Assembly (NCBI GenBank): GCA_010093705.1
Contig: MU006093.1
Span: forward strand, 1,137,301-1,201,300
Reading direction: 5' to 3'
DNA: 64,000 bases
Origin: Patellaria atrata CBS 101060
Lineage: Eukaryota
The first letter of the stretch is position 1; every line of letters starts with the position of its first letter. Shown piece after piece: positions 48,805 to 61,946 of the stretch. Under the pieces are notes generated by a model. That model saw only the letters and a program-made list of their open reading frames with translations. It made no database searches and was not told the DNA's origin. The translations under genes were made by a program, and so were the position numbers.

Positions 48805-50087
48805 ATGGAGTCGGAAACTCTGAAGAGACTTCAATTTCCGGCTCTGACAAAATCACATATCATGAACTGTTCATTTCACTCCTGGTACCCTAGGTACGCC
48901 AGTTTTTTTCTTACAAATACTTCTATTTCTTTGTCTGATATCGTTTCTCTAGATATCGATCAGTCACACCCAAAGCCCGGTTAATCCCCCTTCCCCTACC
49001 CTTTCTTGAGTATCTACGTTCGGATGGCATTGTTCTTCCTCCGGAAGAGAATGCCCCTCGGACTGAATGGTCGGATTCGGATAGTGGCATATTTTCCTCC
49101 AACGATAATGCGTCCGATCAGGAGGACGGAGAAGATGAAGACCCTTCTGTACATTGGGCCGAAACACATCAAAGTATTAAAAACACCATACAAGAGCTAG
49201 GAGGCAAAGTAATTCCGAAACTGAACTGGTCAGCACCAAAGGATGCAACGTGGATATCTTCCACCAATAGTATGGACTGTAGAGCGCCCAACGATATCTA
49301 TTTACTACTAAAGAGCTCGGACTTTGTAACTCACGATCTGGAGCATGCATTTGATGATTGCGTAGAAGATGATAGCGAGCCGTCATCGAAACTGGAGATT
49401 GTTGATATACCATATCATCTCATATTACGCAAGCATATCTTACTTAATCCGTCAGTAGAATTCAGGTGTTTCGTACGGAACAGGAAACTCCTCGCGATCT
49501 GCCAGCGGGATCTTAATCACTTCGACTTTCTCTTCAAAATGGAGGACAAGCTGCGGGATAGGATACAGTGGTTTTTCGATGAGAAGCTAAAGCACTCTTT
49601 TCCAGATGCTAACTTTGTATTCGATGTGTATATACCTCCACCGCACGACAGAGTGTGGTTGGTCGATATAAATCCGTGGGCTCAACGTACAGATCCTCTA
49701 CTCTTTAGTTGGCTGGAATTACTTACAATGGCCGAACCACCTTCCCCGGTAGAGGAGCAGTTCTTGCGGATGAGTCTGCACTCCGGTGCAATAATACTCA
49801 CAACCGAAGAGTCTCCTGAGTCTCAGAACAGTGATGAGTCAGATGACGAAGAAGAAGAAGATGCGGATGATGAGCTATTCATCCCAGAGGTCCGCCTTGT
49901 CCATAAAGACGATCCTGAAGCGTACGGCTTCACAACACCGCAGTACAGCGCGCACAAACTACCAAGAGACGTGGTTGACGCGAGTCGAGGTGGTGAAGGT
50001 TCTTTGAGAGAGTTCGCGGACCAATGGAAGGAAGTTCTTGCGAAGCGACAGAGAGAGGATGAAGGAGATGAGAGCGAAGCGGATTAG
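48805..50087 (+). CDS. CDC123: Cdc123/D123 eIF2 assembly factor, 2 exons
   Basis: [47 protein letters not shown]. Confidence 0.93.
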
Positions 50088-50743
50088 AGCACAATAGCAT
50101 CCCACTTGTAATTTCTTGAATATCCTGACACATGTAGAGGGTGAGCACGAATAGACGATCTTAGCCGCTAACCGCATTGGTTGCCTACCTCTTCCCCTGC
50201 GGTGGATTAGTATGAGACGAGCAACAGTGGCTCTAAAGGAGCGGAACCATGCGGAGGAACTTCCGTTACGCGTCACACGACGTTATAGATGCTGTAATGG
50301 GATTCTAGCGCGTTGGTAACTTTTGGGCGAAAGAAATCTCTCGTCCATCAGGTACCAGTTAAGAAGCACACGAAAAATGTGACCGAGACGAAGTGGAACT
50401 GGCATGTACAAGGGCGAAATCAAGTATGAGATTTTGGCGAAAATACTCTTCCTCTATGCTTAGTTCCATAATTGCAATTTTTTTTATTACTAAATTCTAG
50501 AGATGTTATGAGAAAAAAGAACCAAATAAAAACCAAGAGCCAAAGTTTCGTAATTCAGACTGTGCGCAAGGTCCTAATATATACTCCCCCAAAGCTTGCC
50601 CCATTTAGCCATAACGCCTCTGAATGCTAAAGTTGACCATTTTCGGCCTTCCTTTGGAATTGTAAGAAAAGGATACCACCTAGAAGCCTGCATCACTTGA
50701 TCGACTCCAACTTGAGGAAACCGACATATTCGCAATGTTCCAA

Positions 50744-52256
50744 TCAGCGTCGGGCTTTTGCTTGCGTTGCCTTCAACCTCCTGAAAGCATCGCCAGCAGC
50801 ACCAGGAGCACGGACGGGTTGAGATCCTGGTACTACGTTATTCTTAGGCACAATCGTGTAGCTCGTCTGGCTGCCAGTAATCCTCGCGCGATTCATAACA
50901 GTAGGCGTAGCAAGCATTTTCTCGCGAGCAGCAGCGGTTGCGGCAGAGAGTTGACTGTTGCCGCCTTGTGAAGGACGGATAGGCAGACGACTGTAACATC
51001 ACAAGTTAGAATTGTAACTCTTTAAAATCACATGTACGCAACTTACTTCGGATCATACTCTGCCTCCTTGAATTCCTTCTTGCGGTAGTCGTCGGTACGC
51101 CTGAGGATTGGACGCTTCCATTCATTCACAAGTCTGTCGGCCTGTCGTTTGATATTCGCCTCCACTTTCGGGCTCTTGGTGTAGAAATGAACCACCTTAC
51201 CTAAACCGCTCGCGATTAGAGTATCTTTCGTGATTGGAAGTTTCTCGAGCGCAGCAAAGAGCTCTCGTTGGATGTTGTAAGCAGGCATACTTCCGTCAGA
51301 GAGGGGTTCAAGGAAGAATCGTACACCTTCCATAAGGTTATTATCCGGATCAACGATGGAGTTTTGAATGGTCCTGCGGCTGAGGAGACTAATAACCTCC
51401 GGAAGCATACGCAGTTTAAGCATTGCTGGTTCTCCCCGTTCTCTCGCGGCAAGATCTGCTGCTGCTGCGTCACCCATCCTCTTTCGCATATCTTGGATTT
51501 CTTCGTCGGCTAGGGTCTCGAGATCCTGAGAAATATATCAGTAAAGAGCTAGTACGCAATAGAATAGGTGTACATACAATGCCATCCTTCTTACGCAACC
51601 TCTTGTTCGGGTTCCGAAGCGCTGCATCCATAGCTCTGTCTAGAGCACGTCTCCGCCCTGTTGAAAGTATCAGTATTCGCAAATATCGAAATCAGCACTT
51701 ATGGATATTGCTCACTCTCTTCCGGCGTCAAGCTCTCATCATCCTCTGGGGTTGCTTTACGAGTCGTTCTAGCACGCTCCCTTCGCTCACCGCCCTCCTT
51801 CTTCCTATTGCGCTTTCCCTCTAGCTCCTCTCCTCCACTAAAATTGTCATCGTCTTCTCTCCTCTTGCGCGACTTCTTGGGTTTCTCCCTTTTTCGTTCC
51901 TTCTTTTTCCGCGAGGCTTCTTCTCCCTCTGTTCGCTTGCGTTTATGCACCCCTAGGGCATTCACGTTACTCTCATCAACCATGATAGGTCTTTCCTCGA
52001 TTGCCACATTGGCTGCATCGAAATCCTCAAATTGAGCTTCATCGATTTCAGATAGGTCGGATTCGTCATCAAGGCCGTCCTCTTTGTCTTCTGCATCTTC
52101 TGTCACTTCCATGTCCAGTGTCGGATCTGCTACCGGGGGCGTTGGCGTTGAGTTTTCTTCGTCAATCTCAGGACGAAGGGGGTCATTAGGATCATGCCCT
52201 GCTTCTGGCCCACCGGATACCATTTCTAACTGGGGAGGAAGCTCGACGTCTTCCAT
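50744..52256 (-). CDS. IWS1: Transcription elongation factor Iws1/Spn1, 4 exons
   Basis: Acidic N-terminus; PAMLKLRML, FLEPLSDGSMPAYNIQR, SGLGKVVHFY (TFIIS-N-like domain). Confidence 0.92.
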
Positions 52257-52537
52257 TGTTGCGTGTATGCGACAGCCTTTGATTTTGGAGTCGAAATGTA
52301 ACCTTTAAAGTTCAATGGTTGTCGGTATCAAAACCAAAGAATAGACTCAGAGAGAGTGAAGGTTAAGAGATGGGCTGGGTGGTAAAGATATGGAGATATG
52401 AACAATGTGATTCTGGAAACGGCAACCTTTCGGTCTTGGCAGTAAACGGAATCTTCCGCAGCCCCCCTTACAACGTTATTTGTTCAGAGCTCCGCGTTAC
52501 CATCGTCCGGAACGAAATTTGAGAAGAACCGCCCACA

Positions 52538-52852
52538 ATGTTTGGAGGAGGTGAGTGTTACTTTCTAATTTCATTAAACAATAATTAACTACTAGTATCT
52601 AGCACCGCCACCACCCAGCAAAGCTGAACTCGAAGTAAGACGTCTCTGGGATCTTTGACAAGTGGATAGTAGCTTATATCCATCCTCCCAGGCACAAGAA
52701 GCAGAAGCATCACAAGGTCTCAAGATGGCGACAGCAACCTGCATACTCCTCTACCTATGTATGCGATCCCGCTATTGCCTACCTCTAATCTATCAAGATA
52801 CTAACGTCCAATAGCTCCCTTTGCTATCGACTACATTCGCAAACTCGTATAA
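52538..52852 (+). CDS. TOM5: Mitochondrial import receptor subunit Tom5, 49 aa in 4 exons (missing from the ORF track)
   Basis: Spliced MFGGAPPPPSKAELEAQEAEASQGLKMATATCILLYLSPFAIDYIRKLV with three canonical introns. Confidence 0.88.
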
Positions 52853-53158
52853 ATATTCTGCATATGCATTGGAATTTCATTCCGGGCCACTGTACATCAA
52901 ATCCATAATGATATGGGGATCTGGCGATGCTGTACAATAGAGGGAACATGACGGAGTCAAGTCGGTGTATCATAATTAGTCTACTCGTCAAACCATGTCG
53001 GGTATCGAAACCGAAATGGACAATACATGATGTCTTCTCCTTCTCTCCCTTTGCCGATAACACGTATTTTCCGATGATCACGAAACAAATAAGCAGATTG
53101 AATTTCAGTTTCCGTTCGCACTAAACTGGGGAGTCCCCGTCTTGATATATCATGCTTT

Positions 53159-54305
53159 TTATTGCGGCCGTACACTCTTTTCCCATTCCTTGAAGTCGGT
53201 CCCAATCTTTTCCACCTCCTTGCGAAGATGGGCAAGCTGAGAATCAAAATCGTTCAACAACTGCTGAAAAGTCAGCAACGTGAGACAAGTGAGAACCACG
53301 CGTTCTTACCTGCTTGACCTTCTTCATAGTATCCTCGTCGATAGTCTCCTCGGAATTCTCTAAATTCTTACCCAATTTCTCAGACTCTTGTTGTAGGTAG
53401 TCCGCCCGAGTCCTAATTGCAGACATCCGCGCCCACATCTCTTCTTGCCTCCCGTTCAGATTTGGATCGAAAGCTGCTTTTTCTAGGTCGACCAACTTCC
53501 TCTTCAGCTCCTCCTCCATACTATCCATAGCATATCCCCTATTTCGTAAGACCTGGACCTTACTCGCTAGAGATAGACACCTTTGACTCAGAATTATATG
53601 CTTTCTCCTTGCCTCGACTGCACGCACAGATATCTCCAGGTCGTGCTGTTGCGTGATCCTGGTTAGACTCGCGTTAATCTCGTGCATGCGTGCCTGTAGT
53701 GAGCCAACGGCACGGACTTGCATCTCCAGACGCTTAGCAACGTCTCTAAAACCTTTCGCGATGATAGGAATGGCTAGGGCATAAGGTTTTCTCGCCAAGG
53801 CGTCCTCCCACTTCTTCTCGTCTTCGTTTTGCCCGGGACCATAGTGGTGCACCATTGACGGCTCCACACTATTATAGAAATAATAGTGAAAGTACGAATT
53901 TGGTGATTCGGGTGACCATTTCTCAAAAATTATTTGCATCTGCTCGGTAATTGACTTCTCACCTAGGATATAGTTAGTTTAGTACTCAATCTTAATACCA
54001 GGGATGCTTCTTCCAGACTCACGTGCAGGGCCAGGAGGCGCATTCCACACCCCTGATCGCTGTAAAGAGTTTTGCAATAGGCCTTGTTGAGAGCTTAGCA
54101 AGGAGTTTGACAGTCCTTGTTGTTGGGGTTGCTGTTGAGAAACCCCAAACAATCCTGTATTGCCAGGTGCCGCATTGTTTTGCTGCGAGTTCGCAAGAAA
54201 CTGGTTTGGCTGGGTTGCTGGTTGGGTTGCAAATAGACCGAGAGGTTTGTTCGCGGTATTACCTCCAAATAAACTACTCCCACCTTGGGCCGTATTTGAA
54301 AACAT
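53159..54305 (-). CDS. NUP57: Nucleoporin Nup57/Nup54 family, 3 exons
   Basis: SLFGG/GLFG repeats, KWSPESPNSYFHYYFYN, VQVLRNRGYAM and coiled coil. Exact start uncertain. Confidence 0.85.
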
Positions 54306-54617
54306 GTTGTTGAGGTATTGGAATAGCGGCACGTACGGAGAGGTGCAAAGGATGAGTTTGCGCGTTGGAGAATGCTGAGAAACAGCTACCGAAAGATAAC
54401 CATAAACTTACCCTCTAGAACACCAACCCCGAAAATGTTGAACGCGCTTTGTCCGCAACAATTCATCGACGTTCAGGTTGTTTTCAAAAGGTTTGGCTTG
54501 GCACAATCCCTAGCTCACACTAGTTCGGAGCATATCCGAACGTCAACCTGAAAACTCCAAGTATCAGAAGCTTCACAATAACGATCAATTCGTCTGCTCG
54601 TGTACCGGTTCGATACG

Positions 54618-55259
54618 ATGGCGGCGAGAGCAGCGAGGTAAATACCCAATCGAAGTTTGATGTCCGTTATTACTGAGTCAAGTTCACTTTGTTAGGTTCA
54701 ACCAGCAGGTACTGATCGATACCACCCCTCTTCCGGACAGCATCCCCAAAGTAAAAGAAATCGGTGCTACCTCCGCACCGTTACTTTCCGCAGCCTTCTT
54801 CATCGGGGCAAGATGCAAACCATACAACGATGATTACATGATGTGCAAGACGGAGGCAAACGGAAGGGGTGAACTAGAGTGTATGAAGGAAGGCAGAAGA
54901 GTCACCAGATGTGCGGCGAGCGTGTAAGGGGTTGCGCACAAATGAGTGCTCCTTGGGTTTGCTGATATATGGTACCAGGATTGCGGACGTCAATACCCAC
55001 TGTCTATCAGAATTCAGAAAACACTGGATGTGCTTAGAAAATTGGAACCAACAGCTGTGGCAATGTCGACGGTTTGAGAGGGATCTGAACAAATGCGTCT
55101 TCGAAAACCTAGTGAGTTTCATCCTAATGCTGTTATTATCGATCACTATTAATTTGATGGAAGAAACTGGAAAAGGTTATCCCAGGTGCACCAGCTGACG
55201 AAATTCCCGTTCATCTGCGGAAGAGGCAAATATATGCGCACAGTTATGCAAATATGTAA
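54618..55259 (+). CDS. NDUFA8: Complex I 20.8 kDa subunit (NDUFA8), 4 exons
   Basis: EIGATSAPLLSAAFFIGARCKPYNDDYMMCK...CMKEGRRVTRCA with Cx9C motifs. Confidence 0.9.
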
Positions 55260-55883
55260 ATATATCATTTCCTATAACAGTAGATCAATGGCGCAAACTG
55301 GTTCTGAATCGAATTCATTTTCTCCGTATCTATAGCTGGGGTGTGACCAATGAATATACCTTAAGCCCAATAACCGATTTCCTATGTCATTTGAGGAGTT
55401 CATTCACACTTACTACGAGAAAATGGTACTCATCAGTCTCCCGTTGTATATGCTCGTGAATTGGGCTATAATGGCCGCAAGTGTGTGATATGGTTCACCG
55501 TATACGAATTCCAGGGTTCCCAAAAAAAAAATCGCCTTAGGGCCCATTTCAATGTATGTGCTATCGAGTAGAGTCCTGGGGAACTTGGTTAATATTAATA
55601 GTACCTGTATAGTGTATGCTTTGTTCCAGCAAGTTGCGACCTCATTAAAGTTGACACGATTTATACAAAGTGCACCAGTCCCATATATTCAACTTTTAGA
55701 TATTTTATACAAGAGATATGCCGTTTTATCGATACATCAGAAGGGTAAAACGATCCACCGGATCATAGTAAGGATTTTAGGCATCTTCTCGCGCCATTGA
55801 ATTCCGTATATAGATAAGGGGTATCTCCCAACAACGCCAGTCTACCGCAAGCCTTAGCCCGAAAGACACCAAGAACTCCGCTC

Positions 55884-57056
55884 TTACCAATCTGGGACGT
55901 GCAACCCGTACGTGATCCTTGCCCCTAGTTTGCGCAAGGCATCCCGCATCTCCGGACTACCGTACCTATGTTCCTCTGCCACAATTTCTTTGGGAATGTC
56001 ACTCTTGACATCAGCCCAGTGCCATAGATCTAGGGCGAGCTTCTCGCATTCGTCCCTCTTGTTCCTATCCCACCATACGGGGAGAACCCCACGCATGCTC
56101 TCCGCTTGCGCTAAGTAATTGCGCAGGTGTTGGTACGAATGGCCTTCGATATATTTCGGAGTGTCAGCTTGGATAGATGGTACAAAGCTCTCCGGCAGCA
56201 AGGTTGCTGGTTCGGAGACACCATGGTCGAAGGAACCTGTGGCATCTATCGAGAAGATTGATTGTACGGGAGAGTTCGGTTCCGTCTCGGTAACATGGAG
56301 GCCCCTCTCACGCCTCAAATCCTCACTGTACACTCGGAAGCTATCGATGAGAAGCTTCAGTGCGATGCGCTCCGGCTTGTGGTACAGGAGGCCCTCGATG
56401 GGTTCCCCTTCGTACGGACGGAACATGTCGGAGAGATGATCGTTTCCTGGCCAGACTCGAGCGGGCATCTGTTGAGCTTGTACAGTAGAGCTTGTTGTGG
56501 TCTCCGTGCGCATTCCAGAAAGATTTACGCCTGAAGGGATAGCAGCAAGGCGTCCGAGGCTGCTTTCGTACCCGGGTTGTGATATCGTCCGTGTGAAGAT
56601 TGAACCACCGGGAGACTCTTGTAGAGTGTTTACGTTGGAAGCGGAAATACGCCGACGGTGGATAGGGGCAGTGAGCTTGCAGTGCATTTTGTGCTCAGGC
56701 CAATCGTCGGTTTCGCACTTGCGAGAACAGTAGAGAACCTCATCGCACCGGCTACAACCTCGAAGGATAACATCGTCTAATTCGTCTTCCTCTTTCATAC
56801 AATTGTTGCATCGTCGTACATGCCTGGGGGTTTTGAAGTGCTTTTCAGAGTCGGGGGTGAGACGCTCTGATGACTCTTGAGGCTTCTTAGAGGGTCCTAT
56901 GAGGAGGTGATCATAAGAATAAGAGAGATTCATTATGTATCGTGTAAGTTCTGCGACGTACAATGTTTGTTCATGTACATGATTCGGAGATGTAGATGTG
57001 TTCTTCGCAGAATTTATGGAGCTCTGAGGGATGGGTAACGATATAAGCTTCAACAA
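55884..57056 (-). CDS. MYND zinc-finger protein (start uncertain, possibly ATG 56933)
   Basis: CNNC...CSRCDEVLYCSRKCETDDWPEHKMHC; LLIDSFR and GVLPVWW motifs typical of a fungal MYND family. Confidence 0.8.
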   Translation of the reverse strand: MLKLISLPIPQSSINSAKNTSTSPNHVHEQTLYVAELTRYIMNLSYSYDHLLIGPSKKPQESSERLTPDSEKHFKTPRHVRRCNNCMKEEDELDDVILRGCSRCDEVLYCSRKCETDDWPEHKMHCKLTAPIHRRRISASNVNTLQESPGGSIFTRTISQPGYESSLGRLAAIPSGVNLSGMRTETTTSSTVQAQQMPARVWPGNDHLSDMFRPYEGEPIEGLLYHKPERIALKLLIDSFRVYSEDLRRERGLHVTETEPNSPVQSIFSIDATGSFDHGVSEPATLLPESFVPSIQADTPKYIEGHSYQHLRNYLAQAESMRGVLPVWWDRNKRDECEKLALDLWHWADVKSDIPKEIVAEEHRYGSPEMRDALRKLGARITYGLHVPDW

Positions 57057-57838
57057 TAGACGCCTAGCAAAAGGTGAAGAAGGAAGTCAGATGTCGTGGT
57101 CAGATGTTTGATGTTGTTGTTATTGTTTTGAAGATATGGCGTCAGTGTTCATTCGCTGGAATATAGTCACCTTACTCAGGGGAAGGAACATTTACAGAAT
57201 TCACAGAAGCGACTAGCTCAACAGACACAGTAAAAGCCACGGGAAATTGCAGAAATGTCCCGTGAGAGAAATTATGGAAATGAAGCGTAAATAGAGCCAC
57301 ATTTCTCAGATATCATATGGTCATGCGTTTAAGAGACCGGTGGACAGCAATAGTAGATTGAGCTAACAACCTCTTTAAGGGTAAGAACTGAACTTAGAAA
57401 GCTTTGATATGCATTGAGAACGCCAGTGTCTTTATTTTATGAACAATGATATGAATAGTAGGGATATAGTTTAGAGACCGGTACTCCAGTAACAGACCCA
57501 GAACATAACTGTTTGATTCAGAAACTAGCTACTCGTTCCTTATTGCATTGACCTAGGGCATTAAAATAAACCCAGTTTGTATACAAAATACTAAGGTAAT
57601 ATCGTACTTAAAGGACTCAATACGCGGGAAAATCTACATTAGAGAAGTATCATGAGCATAGCTCGATTTAGAGGGACCAGGACTACGCCTCCTAGTTCCT
57701 ATCAAGGACATTCATAACCACTTATAATACAATACCACGCTTTTACCGCACCCTAGACACGACAAATATAACTCTAGTCTCTTAACTTATCGTAGCATAC
57801 AGTCTCGTCGCTGTAATCTTATTGTAGCAAACTGCTGG

Positions 57839-59144
57839 TTAGCCCAACATGATAGCCACGCTCGAGATTGCTTTGTTAATCGCGGCATCATGTGGTAAAT
57901 ACATTTTAGCAACTCTGAATAGTCTTCTTGCTTCAGATTTATCACCCATTTCTCTGCAAGCTAGGCCGGTTCTATAGTAGATCTTACCCATCTCATTAGC
58001 GGCCGCAAAACCAAGCATTGGAGTGTCCTCTTCAGCTTGCATACCCATGGCGTCACGCATTGAGTCACGGAGGATGTTGATTGTACGCAAACCCCAGAAG
58101 TGAGCTTCGTCCCACTCTTGGAGTTTAATGTATGCGAGGACAATGTTGGCGACAAGTTTGACCTCAAGGGGAAATCAGTTAGCAGACGAAGTAAACAATT
58201 GGAAAGAACTTACTCGGAGCACGACCCGCACCTGCTGTGCATGTTGACCGTCGTATTGCCCACCCTTACATTGAGTCTGAAACCAAGCGTCGCCCCAGAT
58301 CTCACGCCGTCTTCCTTTACAAATGATGTGAATCGCAAAGAATGCTTTCTCGTACAGTTTGATTGCCCCCCAATAATTCTGTTGCCCTAACGCAACATTT
58401 CCTTCATCTTTAAGTCTTGTCGCTTCCTCCAAGCATTCCGTTGGCGTCTTATGCGGCACCGCCATAGTTTCTTGCAGGTTCTTTTCAATAGCATCATAAT
58501 GTGGCCCTTGGATGCGGAATGACCGTAGGTTTTTCACAGATCCAAACGGTAGTAGTAATTGCTCTTGGAGGCGCTTCGGAATTGGTTTCTCCTCAAAAGA
58601 TAGAGTCGAAGGGTTGTTCAGCTTGAGATTCAAGCTAAGATGCGAGTTTAGATCCGGGGTGGAGAGGTCGGAATAGAACCACATTTGCGTGAAGGCGGGT
58701 AGGTCCTTCAGTAACAAAAGGACACAAGTCGGGTCATCGTCGTACCAGTCGTGATCGGGCGTACCGATCTTCACGGCGAGATGGTAGTCCTTGAAACCAC
58801 TCACATCATCATTATGAAGGACGATTGGAACTCGATGTTCAATACCTATGTGACTTCGAGCCTCTGAGCTAACGTTAGTGATGTATGACAGACTAAGTAC
58901 GGTTTAGTTTGGACAGACCTGGAAATGGTGTTTCCACCTTGATCAACACATTTTGGCGCCTAAACACGCCACGCGCTTCTTCGTGTAGCTGGCGGTTGAG
59001 GAGAAATATGGTGACTATATGATCAAAGCGGTATCCAGTCAACGAGTCAGTACCGTGCTCTATGCGCTCTATTTTCGGAAGGACTAGATACGAGAAAATA
59101 TGCTCCCGCAGTTCTATCGGAAGACCAAGAAAAGTGGGTGACAT
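57839..59144 (-). CDS. Hypothetical protein with N-terminal F-box-like motif and C-terminal TPR-like helices, 3 exons
   Basis: FLGLPIELREHIFSYL; ATRLKDEGNVALGQQNYWGAIKLYEKA; GKIYYRTGLACREMG. Confidence 0.7.
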
Positions 59145-59598
59145 GGCTGCTTATCATACAAAGAGCAACATTTCAAAGGAAAGGGTGAAGGAATGACGAC
59201 TTATTATGATACGGGAGTGTGCGGTTGAGTCCAGAACCGTCTCTGCCGCCACCACCGAATGCCGAAAGCTGGAGAAGACCGAGCCGACTCCCGACCGAAT
59301 GAAGCTAGTCGCTCACATGGCTGGAGTATATTTCCACCTCACTTCATCATCTGCCACTACCTTTCCGAATTTTGTTTAAATTCACTCGCATCTCTGTATA
59401 CATTATGAAAACTCAATCTTTCCCATCAGATATTTCATGTATTCCTGCACAACCAAATTAATTGAGAACGTACGGGGGTGCTCTAGTTCGCACGAATGTG
59501 TCAACTGTATTCATGGAGGAGTTCTGTTGCTACTCTAGTCGAAATAGCTACTAAGGTACATAGTGGAAGTGGAGCAACCATAGCTATACCCAAAGATT

Positions 59599-60240
59599 CT
59601 AGTTGTAGTAGTGAGGAGACGTGTCAATCTTCCACTTCCTAAAGAAATTACCCGTCTGATGTTCGCTCGCTATCAGCAATTCAATCATAGCTTCCATTCT
59701 ACTTTCACATATCCTTCCAGCTAAAACGATCATAGACTTGTCTGGTGCATAGTGTTCAGGAGCAGGACGAAAGTCAATACTGAATAGTGGGGCGACGACA
59801 AGACACTGGATCCTGTTGCGCGGGTGGGTGTCATCCCAACGGATTGACGTCGTGATGACACGCATGTTGGATTCGAAAGGGTAGATGAAAGTCAAATTAT
59901 CTAACATCAGGTTAGTTGGACGGGTCAGGCTACTGACATAGGGTTACTTACCTTTGATCTGCTGCTTCATCCTTTGGAGAGCAGGCTCATCATCAGTCTC
60001 TACGCCCACTCCAGGATCACTGGTGCTTCGTTTGATCGTATAGGGACCATCGCGCTTAGGGAGAGCCGGTTGTGCCAGCAGTGGAGCGGAGGGTGAACGG
60101 TAATTGGCCAAGGTGCGCTTTACAGGAATAACAGCAAGAGATCCGGCGGCTTTGGATCTGGGGGGTCCTGCTGCTGCAGCATATCGTACAGGAGTGTCTG
60201 GGACCAGAGGTAAGGTGGGTGGCGCCTTTTTTGGGGCCAT
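59599..60240 (-). CDS. Hypothetical protein; exons 60240-59952, 59900-59599
   Basis: ATG MAPKKAPP; a GTAAGT...CTAAC...TAG intron joins two ORFs in frame. Confidence 0.7.
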
Positions 60241-61277
60241 TCCAACTTGATTGCGAGGTCGATTGTGGATCAACTTGTCCAGCTTCCTGTACAGGGACGT
60301 GATTTTGCTCGAACGAAGAAAGCTAAAGAGCGCGTAAGATCACCATGCATCTCTTTTGTTGATATGTTGACAACATTGACTTACGCTGCGAAATCCAAGT
60401 TGCGGATACGCGCGCTTTCCTTGCTCAACTCCTTCTGGTTACGCTCCATGTCAAGCGTGTACTATTTTGTTACCTTAAGCTTCAAGTTTGTCGTGGGTAG
60501 CATATTATGATGAATTTGAAGTGCGATGTGAGGGGATCAAGGGTTGGGTGTGAGAAATGTTGTGAAGAAGTAAAGGGGTGGAGTCTGCAGTAGATATTTA
60601 CCTTGGAGCATCGTCTCTCGTTTGTCTGGAGGAGACTTGACTTACCACCCTGAGAACACCTGATACGTCAGAAGATCAAGAGCAAACGAGAGTCTCCCAG
60701 GCTCAAATTTCATCTTACATTATCTACAATTGATACAATCACTTAAAGATTTTCCTGAGATTTATGTACAGTACCCTAAGGCCCCACGACGAAAGGAAAT
60801 ATATCCTTAGCCATATAGACGACCTTCCGGTTACTGTTTGTCACTTATTTTCTGTACTTTGTGACATCGAGAAGACAATGCACTATGTATGCAACCTTAA
60901 CCATCTAAGTCTCTAGCTGTGGACGTGAGTCGAATGGGTTGGTAGAATTGAACCTAAATTCATCAACCTTCCCTTATCTCTTCTCTAAGTCGATACGCAA
61001 CGCCCATAGGTTAACCCCCCGGATATTTTCCCTTCTTGGTAAATTACCATCTCCAGATGCTGTATGAGACTCATTCTGTACACTCATTTGTATTATATTA
61101 ATGAAAGGAATGGTCAGTATAGATGAGATAAATGAATAAGCCACCTCATCTCCGGACTTCCACGAGCATGAAGAACCACACTCCTCTCCTTATCTTATCA
61201 AATTCTAAACCCAAACCCGATCCTGGTCGCTCCTGCTGCATATACACACCCACACTTCTATTAAGCTCACGGACCCT

Positions 61278-61946
61278 TCAAGTGGCTTCTAGTTCCTCAT
61301 CCCAATGCTGATCCTTCATCAGATTCCATAGTTCCCTCTCCGTGAACTCCAACAATCCCTGCATTGCGCCTAGGCGACCCTGATTCGAGGAGTACCAGCA
61401 CAGATTGAAGACCTTGTGGCCTTCTTCCTTCTCCCTTGTCACATACGTCGTGTAACCCGCGACGAGAATCGCGTGCCAGGCCCACTTGCTCTTGTTAGCT
61501 TGGACTGTGATGACATCGAGATTTAGACCCGGGAAGAGGGTGCGGGAATTTGCTATACTGGGTCAGTAAGAGAAGGAAGACGCGAACGAATACACACAGA
61601 GAATTTGTCGCTTATATGCCTCTACTTCGATAATTCCCCCAGCGAGAGGTTTGGGAGGGGAAGGAGATTGTTGAGGCGGTCCAGAAGGAGGTGGGGGAGG
61701 ATACATCGGCGGTGCGCCTCCATTACGATTATTTGGTGGGATGTTTCCTGGTGGTGCACTTGCTGCCGTGGGTGGAGGTTGCTCTAGGTCGGCAGCAAAT
61801 GTTGCATGTTTGACTGGACGCGCTGCTTTAGGGATCTCAGGACTCGGGAATGTATTCGAGCGAGTTGGAGGACGTGTGAACGCTGCGCGTGGGACGGAGG
61901 CTGATCTACCCTCTGGCGCAGGTGGATCAAGGGCTGTCGATGACAT
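61278..61946 (-). CDS. Hypothetical proline-rich protein; exons 61946-61598, 61552-61278
   Basis: A GTGTGT...CTGAC...TAG 45-nt intron leads into an open exon of about 90 codons not shown in this frame in the ORF track. Confidence 0.65.

Noticed and set aside
54375..54411. Possible 5' UTR intron of NUP57 (GTAAGT...CAG, minus strand)
   Set aside because: Only 37 nt with no clear branch point; cannot be supported without RNA data.
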